Shown here piece by piece: positions 13,526 to 24,548 of a stretch of 64,000 nucleotides of DNA; the first letter of the stretch is position 1, and each line of letters starts with the position of its first letter. The notes under the pieces are model-generated. The model had not been told where the DNA came from. It saw nothing but the letters and a program-made list of their open reading frames with translations, and made no database searches. The translations under genes and the position numbers were made by a program. The stretch comes from Sarea resinae (Eukaryota). The stretch is from contig JAPEUD010000008.1 of NCBI GenBank assembly GCA_026026165.1, positions 1 through 64,000 of the forward strand, read 5' to 3'.

Positions 13526-14151
13526 ATGATTCAACTCAAGGTCTGTAGTCTCGAAGCAACGGACTCGATCCAGAACGGTACTGACCTCAAACCTAGACGA
13601 TGCTGAATTGCATCGACAACTCCGGCGCAGCCGTTGTCGAATGCGCCAAAGTCCTCAAGATGAAGCGGGCCGCTGGCATTGGTTCGTGTTTGCCTTTCTT
13701 GTATCTTTCTCGACAAGCCACTTACAGTGTCTGTAGGTGACCGCATCATCGTCGTCGTCCAGAAGCAGCGATCGTTCGGCCCCGAATCCGGTCCTGGAGG
13801 TTCCGTCTCGACTTCAGCAGCAAACAAAGTCCGAAGAGGAGACATTAGACATGCGGTCGTGGTGCGGACACAGAAGAAATATCAGAGACCGGATGGAAGC
13901 GTTGTCAAATTCGATGACAATGCGTGCGTCCTGATCAACAAGGCCGGTGATCCTATTGGAACGAGATTAAACGGTAAGCAGCCTCGCTCATACACTCTGA
14001 GGGTGTTCCCAGCTACCTGAGGAGAGGACGGAAGATCGGACTTTTACGCTACAGTTTTCAAAGCTAATTGAGATACTCAGGGATTGTCGGAGCTGAGCTG
14101 AGGGACAAGAAGTGGTCCAAGATTTTGTCATTAGCACCAATGCATTTGTAA
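13526..14151 (+). CDS. MRPL38: Mitochondrial ribosomal protein uL14m (yeast Mrpl38 type), 4 exons
   Basis: MIQLK|TMLNCIDNSGAAVVEC, HAVVVRT, RPDGSVVKFDDNACVLINK, GIVGAELRDKKWSKILSLAP. Three GT-AG introns. Confidence 0.93.
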
Positions 14152-14338
14152 ATGTACACTTAGGCGTTCTGATAATTGAATTCATATCTATAACACAATG
14201 TGCCGAGTGGATTTGTACTGCAGAACTCCCACCACCCCTTTCCTTGGCTTCTCCAAACTCCGGCTACCTGGCATTTCTTGCCGCCCCGAAAATACATATA
14301 TGAACGCCGCCCAATGCCTTGAGTATGCATAACCATCG

Positions 14339-15060
14339 CTATTGAAAGATCTTGCCACAGCCAGGACTGCAGCAAACGTAGAAGAGTTTCTGCAGACGCG
14401 AGATGTAAGCTTCACAGCCGAGGAAGACCAAGATGTGGCGGCTCACCATTCCTGTCTCGGCAGATCGCTGTTGAGATTGGAAAAACACCGCTTCAGTCTC
14501 GTGGCAGGCTGGGCACTGCTTGTTCGACCTCGGCAGCTGTTGGGCGCACACATGTCAGCACAGATTCAAGGAAAGTTGCATGCAATGCGAATCTCCCGAT
14601 CTGCTTCAACCACAGCGCAAAGTTTCTTTATCCTCGAGCCCATCGATATAGCGATGCTTCTCGCTGTCGGGCTCGATGACCTCTCCACAAACCACGCACA
14701 CGATCTCCTGACCACAAAGGGTGCAAAACTCAGGTAGACCAACCGTTGGATCGGATCCCACGTCTTGCGTCACTCCTGCGACTTCACCAACCGAGTTCGA
14801 CAAGTCGTTTCGGAAGACACAGGCGGAGGTGGCGGGTTCGCTGAACTGGCATGTCCGACAGGCAAACATGAGGGTGTTGCTCAGGCGATCCTCTTTGGGA
14901 TAAAGCATGTTCGAGCTGGAAGAACAAGTTAGCAACAGTGGCAACCAGAAAACGGGAGGAGAGGAGGCATTTACCATTCGCGGCAGAATCGAAAGGTGAT
15001 CTGTTCGGAAGAAGGCTTGAGCTTCTGTTCGGCTTCTGAGCCCATCGGCGAGGCGGACAT
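14339..15060 (-). CDS. RPB9: RNA polymerase II subunit Rpb9, 4 exons
   Basis: [24 protein letters not shown] (N-terminal Zn ribbon), [45 protein letters not shown] (C-terminal Zn ribbon). Confidence 0.95.
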
Positions 15061-15554
15061 GGTGGTGAAATGAGACGCGGGCCGGGTAGAGTGAGGTAGA
15101 GGGTTTCGATGAGATCGAAGATCGTGGGATACGGTGTGAGACTACCTCGAGGTTTTCGAGGACTGTGAGAACGGTTGTCGGTGTGGATGATAGATGGTGG
15201 GTGATGAGGTCGTGGGTGATGGATGAGGAAAATGATTCACAGGGTCTACTGCTGTACTACAGTAGGTCTCGAGGGTCGGGTGGCAACTGGATGGATGACT
15301 AAGGGCCACCGCCGAATGGCTTACCTAAGCCGAACCCTCAACTCCCTTAGATTACCCCGCGATGGATCCATGAACGTTGTCCCTCCAGGGCTACCGGTTC
15401 CCCTTGCGACCACCAACGCCGTGGTTCACGGCCTCCAAGTATTTACCCTCCAGCTGTTCCTGCGTCAACGTCACAACTTTTGGATCCCTTCTCTTCCCTT
15501 CTACCCACCCTTGCCTTCTTGCGTCCCCACCCCACCACTCACCCACTCACTCAC

Positions 15555-15556
<2 letters not shown>

Positions 15557-15594
<38 letters not shown>
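15557..15594 (+). repeat. (CT)n microsatellite preceded by (CACT)n, upstream of ESS1
   Basis: Directly visible. Confidence 0.9.
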
Positions 15595-15598
<4 letters not shown>

Positions 15599-15754
15599 CC
15601 ACACTCTCTTCCCCTTCTCCACACTCACGCTCAGATTTACCCGTATCTCGCCAACTTGCACGGCATACCCTACAACCCTCCCGTCCTGTCCACTTCACAT
15701 TCCAATTCCAGTCACGGTCACTTCACTGCCAATTCGCAAACCACTATCGTAGAC

Positions 15755-16563
15755 ATGGTACGTAGCTCCCTCTTTGCTCTATCTGCAGGCTCACGGGACA
15801 CTCGTGCCAAGTCATCCCCTTCTTCCCTGTTCACGCCTGCTGACACGAATCCCTTCACCCTGGCCAGAGTGACGCAGGCCTTCCTCCCAGCTGGGAGGTC
15901 CGACATTCCAACTCCAAAAATCTCCCCTACTATTTCAACGCCTCGACCAAAGAGTCTCGCTGGGAGCCCCCATCCGGCACCGACACGGAGCTGCTGAAGC
16001 AATACATGGCGACGCACCACAGCGCCTCGGCCATCAGAGCAGACGGCGCCGGCACCGGCGAGGGAAAGATCCGCGCCAGTCATCTGCTGGTAAAGCACCG
16101 CGACAGCCGGCGACCGAGTAGCTGGCGCGAGTCGGAGATCACACGTTCCAAGGACGATGCGATGAGCATCATTCTAAGTCACGAAACGCGCATTCGCTCC
16201 GGTGCGACTAGTTTGGGGGATTTGGCTGTCACCGAGTCGGATTGCAGCTCTGCGAGGAAACGGGGCGATCTGTAAGGCGCACACAAAGCAATACCTTCCT
16301 AGTGGTAAGCATCTTACTGACTCGGAGTGCCTCATGGTAGTGGATTCTTTGGCAAAGGCGAGATGCAGAAGGAATTCGAGGAGGCGGCGTTCGCATTGAA
16401 ACCCGGCGAGGTCAGCCACGTGGTCGAGACGGCTTCGGGCTTGCATCTGATCGAGAGGAAAGAATAACTCCTGCTCCCATTTTCAAAACCCTTTCCCCGG
16501 TAAATTCGATCACCGATCCTGGAAGCCGAGGTCTAACTTTTCAGCTCTTACAGACTAGAATAG
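15755..16563 (+). CDS. ESS1: Parvulin peptidyl-prolyl isomerase Ess1/Pin1 (WW plus rotamase); ends at 16467 or 16563 depending on the last intron
   Basis: ATG|GTACGT. WW domain [79 protein letters not shown]. Confidence 0.95.
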
Positions 16564-17162
16564 GTAGTTCGGCAGCAGCAAGCCATTCGCCGTCATCTCA
16601 CTGGCATAGGAGCTGCTCTCTCGTGGGTAGGTTCTAAGCCATGGGAGATATGGCTCTCCTTTGGACGAATCGTTGCATATCTGTCGCAGCGCCAACCTCG
16701 AGTCGACAGTAGGTAGTCTCGATCTCTCTCGCTATCCAGTCATCATGTGTAGAACGAATATTACGTGCCCTTGGTTCGAAACTAGCCTTCGATACCCGGC
16801 GAAGAAAGCAGTCATCTCTCGCTCTTAGACATTCTCATCTACGATCGTTCCACCAAGCAGGTTCTATCTCGAATTGGGCCCATGCCTTGAGTATGTGCGC
16901 CGAATTCGAGCACTTGCCGTTGTATTCTAGGCCCTCCCGCGGGGGGAAATCCATCTTCTTATATGACTTTGGCTATCTTATGAGAACGTCTCCCATGCTT
17001 GGCTATTTGATAATATGCTCATCTACCGCAACCCAAATGTTTCTTCAAAGGTGCGTCGTATCACGTCTCTGCGTACACATAACCTCAACGAGAAAAGAAG
17101 CCGAGGTTCAACAGACGGAAAGAGGTAAAATTGTGGTGAGAGAAAGGGTGTAGCGGTCCCAC

Positions 17163-18480
17163 TTATCGCCTCCCCGGCCTCTTCGGTCTTGAAAATGCAA
17201 GCTTCTGCTCCTGTTTCGGGTGGAACTCTTCGTGGATCGTGGCTTCGGTGATTTCGTCGGGGTTGGAGGCTTCGAGCTGGATAGAGCACATTAGTACATT
17301 CGGCCCCTTTCGCTCCCTTGAATACCCACTACAGACACCGAGAATCCCCACAAAAAACGTAGAAAGCGTAGGGAGAAAGACAGAGAGCGCCGGTGCCCCC
17401 AGAGGCCCAGAAGGGGGGGAAAGGGACCAGGGGCGAAAGAGCATAAAGGGCTTACCTTCTTTGCGATGTTCAAGCCAGCAATTGCAGCGGCATTGTCCAC
17501 CATGGCCGCGCGCGAGGTTGCATACAGCATGCGCTCTTTTATCTTGGAGCCCGTCGGGCACGTGTAGATGAAGATGATGGGGGCCTGGTCCTGCCCATCG
17601 AACGAGTGCGAGTAGCGGAAGAAGGAGTAGCGGGGTTCGGTTGGGGAGATGGTGGTGCTGAGCGTGGATGCTGTGGCGCGGTCGCTGGAGGCGTGCTCGA
17701 TTGTCTCCGTGGAGACGTTGATTTTCTAGATGATCAAAGCTTACGTTAGACCTTCCGCATGAGAAGAATCATAGGAGACGGCTCCGTGCTAAATAAAGCG
17801 GAGGGGCTTTTACCAATTGCACCAAGTTGTCCTCCCCGCTCTCCAAAGCCTTCAACGCCTCCGCCGCAGCTTCGGCAATCGGGAATCCTACTCCGCTGCT
17901 GACGTGGCTCGTCCTTGACGTCGTACCGCGGCTAGCCTCGGCCTCTGCCTCCTTGACGTTCTGCAACGACTCCTCCTCCTCGGTCATCGGCGGCTTCAGC
18001 GCACTGTGCGCGTCGTGCTTCTCCCAGCCTTCGCGCGTCAGCTCCGCCTTCGTCGTCGCAAAGAGCGTCTCTCTGAATCTCTCGGTTCCCAATTCCCTGA
18101 CGAGCGTAAGGCGCGTCGCGGCGAACAGCATCTTCTGCCGCACGGGCGCCGCGTCGGGGACGTACGTCACGGCGACGAAGCCGTCGGCGGCGTCGGCATA
18201 GCGGCGCAGGATGACGTATGCTGGTTGGGTGTCGGTGAGGAGCTCCGAGAGGGCGGAGAGGTCGGAGAGGAAATCGGGCGTGCGCGAGGAGATGGTGGAG
18301 GTCGGGACCAGGGATTCCTTTTCGATGCCGGCCAGGAGGCCGCGTTGCGAGGGCGACGACACGAGCTCGTTGAAAGCTTTCTGGAGCTCTTGCGATGCTG
18401 TGGGGATCGAGGATTAATCAGGCGGTTTGGGGAGTTCTGGGAGTGGGAAGAACTCTGTTACCTGATATACCGGACTGCAT
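17163..18480 (-). CDS. TWF1: Twinfilin (two ADF-H domains), 4 exons
   Basis: MQSGIS|..., VTYVPDAAPVRQKMLFAATRLTLVRELG, PRYSFFRY, KIKERMLYATSR, C-terminal AFSRPKRPGRR. Confidence 0.93.
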
Positions 18481-18790
18481 CGCGGGAGGATTCGAATGGT
18501 ATTGCTTGCGTGAATGGAGCGCTGCCTCGGGCTGTGAGGATGAGGATGTTGATCTGTTGTTGGCTCCTTGGTATCGGGTTGCTGGTGAGATGGCAGGTTT
18601 CGGGCCTCCGTATTTACGCGAACGTGGGGCAGGCCCGCTAGCCCCTCGAGGGGAACGAAGGAAGGCCGATAAGGACAGCTACACCTGCTATCGACAATGC
18701 CTTCTTCGCGTCTTGGGTGTGGAATCGCTTCACTTCCCGCACAGTGTGGCTAGGAGTTCTGAGTCTTCATGCACGAGCTGAACTTCCGCA

Positions 18791-19638
18791 ATGGATCTCT
18801 CGAATATGCCCTCGGACACGGTCATTCCCCCACTACGCTTTGCTATAGTTGAGCCATACCTCTATCGTGGGAGCTATCCTCGGCCGTTGTGAGAACATGC
18901 CTTGCCGCGCTCTGTTGCCAGAAGATTTTCTAAATCGAAGCAGGAACTTCCCTTTTCTGGAGTCTCTAAAGCTGAAGACTGTTATTTCCCTGACGCCCGA
19001 GCCTCCAGCTGAGAACGTGGCCGCGTGGGCTGAATCACAAGGCATTCGACACATTCATATCAGGCCCGAGAAGACGGCTAAGAAGAGTGCTCCCATCCGA
19101 CCTGATCAAGCGAAGGATGTCTTGGAAATTATCTTGGATCAGAAGAATGCTCCAGTCTACGTGCACTGTCTGAACGGGAGCGGTAGGAGCCTCAGAGACG
19201 GGCGAGCTGACGATTCCAGTCCTCACTGATGGTGACGCAGAAATTACTTCGACGGCTATTTGTGCGCTTCGCAAACTCCAGTTTTGGACTCACCCTACAA
19301 TCTATTCCGAGATGTTGCGCTTTTCCGACATGCACTCGTCCACAGAGCACTTCGTCGAGACTTTTGCCTCGGGGGACAGCGAAGTCGTGATCACGATTCC
19401 GGAGGAGCGAGTTCATTGGCTTTGGCAGGGCCTAGCGGATGAAGAAGGACTGCTTCCTATTTCCGCGGCCTCCAGGGAGATTGCGCCAACGATTGTGAAA
19501 TTACAGTATGAGGACGAGCACTTGGAGAAAAAGAGAAGAGCTAGAGAAGAGGGAGCGCGGTATCTTGCGGAAAGCTCACAGAGGAGTAGAGAGCATTCGT
19601 CGGCAGCAGCAGCCAATCAAACAAAGCCAACAACATGA
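18791..19638 (+). CDS. OCA6: Oca6-like atypical dual-specificity (PFA-DSP/Siw14 family) phosphatase-like protein, 3 exons
   Basis: VIPPLRFAIVEPYLYRGSYPRPL|NFPFLESLKLKTVISLTPE and VYVHCLNGS|EITSTAICALRKLQFW. The HCLNG loop lacks the CX5R arginine, as in yeast Oca6. Confidence 0.8.
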
Positions 19639-21135
19639 CAACGGACCGTCAGAGAAGAAGGGAGAACGGCATCATTCAATGAGAGAACAGGACAGCCGAG
19701 CACCTTCGACCTGCGCAAGTAGGCCAAACTTCGCTTCCACCACAGTGGACTTGGTCATCAGAACTCAACCAACGTGTCGGGCGATGACAGGTCGACTCTG
19801 GGAGCAAATCAATCCTTCCAAGGGAGCAAGAGCAAACACCATTCGTCTAAGACGGCCGGATGACCATGAATCCCTGCAAGACATTCTCGAGGTGTTTGTA
19901 CGCAAACAATGGTATTTCGGGCCTGTGATGGCGCAAGGCCGTACCATGTCAACGATCAAGATTTGCGAGACAAGCTCAAAGCATCAGAGACCATACCCAT
20001 CTCTCTCTCTCTCTCTCATCCTGGTCCTCTACCCGTACACCGCTCGCAACACCCACATCGCAACGTGCTCGCCAATTCTCCCATGTTCGCTTCACAGCGA
20101 CAGCCGACTTTGTATGATTTGATGATGGCCCCGCAGGCGTGCGTGATGTTGTTGTAACACATGGATGTTTGCTGTTCGCGTGTCGCGGCGGGCCGCGAAG
20201 CGTGGGTGGTCTAAACCGACTTGCTTCGAACCGACGAGGTTCCGGGTCCCTTTCGTCCGTGGCGAATAGGGTGATTTGGGGAAGAGAAACGTGTCAACGC
20301 AGGACAAAGGTGGTTGATATCTCGAAAACAAAGTTGATTGCTCGTGGTAGCAATAGTGGGCGCAATCGTCTTTCTAAATAGTCCGCAGAGCGCACGCACC
20401 CTCTGGTACCGCGTGTCGCCGCCAATGCCTGTCTCCCTTTTCCTCAAGACGCCTGCCCTCCAATTGCGAGTTTCCGTCTCTTAACCATATAGCGCGCAAT
20501 GCCGCACTTATGCTTCAAGAGATGACATGCCGCCTTATCTGAGAAGCAGACGCCAGAAGCCCTGTACTAAGGATCTCCAGCGTTTCATCTAGCTGAGCGC
20601 AAAGTCCAGGTTCAAGTCCGATCCGGATAAGGAGACTCTGGCATAGGTCGCAGCAGCATGGCCAACGGACACCGTTTTGGATATATTACACGGACATGAG
20701 GGAGCGAGAGAGGGATAGAGAGCGCGTGTGAGGGAGGAAGAGAGAGAGAGAGAGAGACTAAGAGACAGAGTGTTCGGGGTAGAGAGAGCGGGATGGCGAG
20801 AGAGAGAGGGGAAGAAAGTGGAGAGAGGAAGTTTGTTCTGAAAAGTAGTAGGAAGGATTTAGTGTTTAATGTCTATTTCCATCTTCTAGGTATGTTTGTC
20901 TTTTTTCAGGGGTCGTAGAAAAAAAGGAGTAGAAGGTCTAGGAGGGAGAGCAGGGCGAGGATGAGGACGAGGAGGAGAAGGAGAAGGGGTAGAAGGGAGG
21001 GGAAAAAGGAGAAGAAGGCAATAAAGGTTATATCGTATCATGGCATAGCATATCAACCCCCCTTTCCCATCTTCTCTTTCCCATTCACCCCCCCCCCTCT
21101 CTCTCTCTCTTCTCTCCTCATCCCCACACCTACTC

Positions 21136-22359
21136 CTATACCCGCTCAAACATCATAAACTCATAGACCACATCTTTCGGAGCCTGCTCTTCGCTCTCGT
21201 TCTCGCTCTTCCCATCACACCCCACCCTCTCAACCACAATCCCGTCGGCCTCATCACCGGGCACCGTCTCACTCACCCACGCCTGCAGCTCGGCTCGGCT
21301 TTTTTTGCGCCAGCCGCTGCTGTTGTCACTGCTGCTACTACTGTTATTGTCATTGTTGGTGTTGTGGTGGTCTTCCAGGTTCAGGTTCAGGTCCAGCGGG
21401 AAAAAGGTATCGCATTCGAAATCTGGGGCGCGGAGACGCGTCAGCAGGATGCGCGTCGTGTGGGGCAGGCGGAGCGCTTGGGCGTAGAGCTCGGCGCCGC
21501 CGATGATAAAGGTGCGGGATATATGTGTTGGTGGTGTTGGTGTTAGTGTTGGTGTTGAGGGCGAGGATGAGGATGAGGGTGAGGGTGGGGGGTGAGCGGC
21601 TGGTTTTAGTGTTGGTGATTTTGATGTCGATGACGGTGGAGGTGGTGGGGGCGGAGACGGCCAATATTTCAGCACGCGGATAGCTTCCTCTAGACTCGTG
21701 ACTCCGATGGCCATATCTTCTTTCCTCGGTGCTTTTTTCGTTTCTCCACCGACGATTTTGCTACCACCACCATCACTACCATCAACACCACCATCCTCGT
21801 CCCTCTCGCCATCACCATCGCCAAGCCATTTCGCATCCACCAACCCCGGCGCACCCTTCGCCCCCCGTCTCGAAACAACAACATTCACCCGGCCCTTCAA
21901 CGGCCGAAAGCGAGCAGGGATACTCTCCCACGTCTTGCGGCCCATGACGACCGCATTGATGCCTTTCGAGCGGTCCTTTTCCGAGCCCGCACGTCCTGCA
22001 TTTTCCTCTTCCGTATTCGTAGTTGTTGTTGCCGCCCTCTTAGGCGCCGAGACGGAGTCAGAGGCAGAAGGGCAGGTAGACGGAGGAACACGTCGCGTGA
22101 CTCGTGCGAAATAGGCCATTTCGAGTTTCAGGCGCGGCCAGGGGAGCGTGCCGGCTGCGCCTATGCCCATGGTGCGCGTGGCGGCTACGATGAGCGTTAG
22201 GGTCTGCGGGGATGGTACGGGCGCCATTGGTGTTGGTGTCGTCGTTGTCTTTGTGGTAGTGTCGGTGGTGATGGTGGTGGTGGTGGGGTTGTTGTTGGTG
22301 GTGCTGATACTAGTCGGCGTTATGGAGGAGGGGAAGGGCGAGAGGGAGGAGAGGGGCAT
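21136..22359 (-). CDS. DFR1: Dihydrofolate reductase with large low-complexity insertions (start could also be 22227)
   Basis: [85 protein letters not shown]. Confidence 0.93.
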   Translation of the reverse strand: MPLSSLSPFPSSITPTSISTTNNNPTTTTITTDTTTKTTTTPTPMAPVPSPQTLTLIVAATRTMGIGAAGTLPWPRLKLEMAYFARVTRRVPPSTCPSASDSVSAPKRAATTTTNTEEENAGRAGSEKDRSKGINAVVMGRKTWESIPARFRPLKGRVNVVVSRRGAKGAPGLVDAKWLGDGDGERDEDGGVDGSDGGGSKIVGGETKKAPRKEDMAIGVTSLEEAIRVLKYWPSPPPPPPPSSTSKSPTLKPAAHPPPSPSSSSSPSTPTLTPTPPTHISRTFIIGGAELYAQALRLPHTTRILLTRLRAPDFECDTFFPLDLNLNLEDHHNTNNDNNSSSSSDNSSGWRKKSRAELQAWVSETVPGDEADGIVVERVGCDGKSENESEEQAPKDVVYEFMMFERV

Positions 22360-23087
22360 GGCAGGCCGAGTCTTCTTGTCGTCTTTCGCAGTCGCCGTAG
22401 ATCTTTCTGGTGGGGCTTGAGGCAAGATGTGTTGTTGGAGATGGCGTAGATGACTGGGTGAGTTGTCGTGGGGCGCGGGGAGAGAGGCTTAGAGCGGGCT
22501 TATCGTTGTGATCGTAGTTTGGGGATACGCGACTTTTGGTGATGTGCGATGCGATGCGATACGATGCGCGATGCGCGTAAAGTGGTCTCTCGCGTGTATT
22601 CGGTAGCTGGTGAGTGGCTTTCACAACTACATTACTCTGCCTACCGATGATAGATTAGGATAGAATAGGATAGAATAGGATTAGGATAAAGCAAATAATC
22701 AGGGATTTCTTCGACAGCCAGAAGCTTGACTTTGATTCTGGAAATGCAGTCAAGTAAATAAATGTCAGGTCTATAACTCGCCAGTCTCTCTCTCTGCAGG
22801 GACAAGGTGTGAAATCCCAATGTTAAAGCTTTTACAATTTCTAGGTGAATTTGGATGGAAGAAACAACTCCCTGTGAAAAATATCGGATCCCAATCAACT
22901 CAACGCCAGCCCGCCGGCGTCCGTCATGCCCCGCAAATCAGCCGCCAATGGCAAGAGAAATGAACTATATGACTCCTTTGCCATGGTATAACTCCTTAGA
23001 TCCTCCCAGGAAATCTCTAGTGTCTCCCACCGTTTCAACCCTACTCTCCATCGCTCTGTATTCTGTCCCACCAGCTCGATCCCGCCT

Positions 23088-23875
23088 TCACTCAGCCCGC
23101 TTTATTATCCTCTCTACCCCCCTCCCAACGACGGACGCATCCTCCTCCGTTTTCTGTCTCACTGCGCCGTCGGAAATGGTGTCGAGCGTGCCGAAGAGCC
23201 AGGCTTCTTTCAACGAGCGCGTGAGTGATAACATGTCTTCAGCTGCGCGGACCTGCGAGGTTTGTTAGAATACGTGGACCGGTAGCTGGAGCGGAGTGTG
23301 CCAATTGAGAGGTGACAAGCTGGTGTTGGCAGTTGCGTGAAGATGGTAAAAAGGTGGCGATAGAGAAAAGAAGCACGGCCAACATACCAGGGCAACAGTC
23401 TCGACCTCAATCTGATACGCTTCGACAGCGGTAGTATTGCGATCTTTCCCGACCATCTTCCCACCCTCTCTACCCTCGCCATCCCCCTGAGAGGGGTCGT
23501 TCACTTTGACCTCGACCTACATGAAGATGATATACAGGATTAGTCCACACGTTCTTTCTATCTCTTGAACAAGACCCTCAGATGCGAATTCAAGCTTGAC
23601 GAGAGAGAAGGCTGTGTGATGAGTATGGCATGCTTGTATGCATAGGTAAGAAATCCATACGCGCGCGAAAGAGAGAGGGGAAAACCCACAGGCGCAAGCG
23701 CAACCACATTCTCGAATCGCCTTAATAATTGCGCAATGTCCGCTTGAGCGCGATCTATAATCTCCCCGAACGTCGTTCCCACTTGTCAGCGTAGCTGCCA
23801 AGAGAGTGAGGAGGGAGTACAGCGAAGAGGCTACATACCCAGAAGCGCATTGGAGCTGCGGGAAGTCATATCCAT
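23088..23875 (-). CDS. MED22: Mediator subunit Med22 (Srb6/Surf5), 4 exons
   Basis: Hand-spliced: MDMTSRSSNALL|DRAQADIAQLLRRFENVVALAP|...TTAVEAYQIEVETVAL|VRAAEDMLSLTRSLKEAWLFG...RAE*. Confidence 0.85.
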
Positions 23876-24548
23876 GGCCGCGGGCACACCGCAGAACTCA
23901 GCTAATAGTTTTGTGACTGAGTTGTGGACACCTCAGAGATGCGAATGATGGTATTGGTGGTGGTGTTGAGGATGAAATATTCGTGTTTGTCTTGTTTGCA
24001 GCATTTGCTTTCGTCGGAAAGCTTATCGGCGGGTAAGGCCTGTAGCCGAATAACAATGCCTGCGGACCCGTATCCCCCGGTATCAACTGCTTCATATCTG
24101 ATCGAGACAGATCCTCCCCTCGAGCCATCTATCCCGACATCCGTGCATTCATATCTAGTACTCTCCCGCAATGATGGAAGGGACAGGATCTCACTACGTA
24201 TGCAACAACATATTATCAGGAGACAAAGGATGGGCTATCATAATCGGGAACTCCATTGAAGAATCCAGAAATAAACTTGAAGCTATAGCCAGCACATCAG
24301 GACCTTAGACTGCAAGTTATTTGCCGATCCCATCATTTCATCTTTTCGAAACAATCCCACTCCCTAGTAACCCATTTCATGTGCAGTTCAAAAAAAAAAC
24401 AAAGTAGATGGAAACATCAACAGAGACCCTCAGATCGCTAACCCATCATGACCAAACAGCCTCCCATTTCCGATCCAGCCAAAAGTAAAAGGAAGAGAGA
24501 ACCAAAAATATGTCAAATATGTCCAAGGAGAAAAGAAATGACACCCTT

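Noticed and set aside
22500..22600. CGCG/MCB-like motifs upstream of DHFR (similar ones upstream of CTP synthase)
   Set aside because: No perfect ACGCGT, and they are embedded in a (GCGAT)n repeat; too weak to call.
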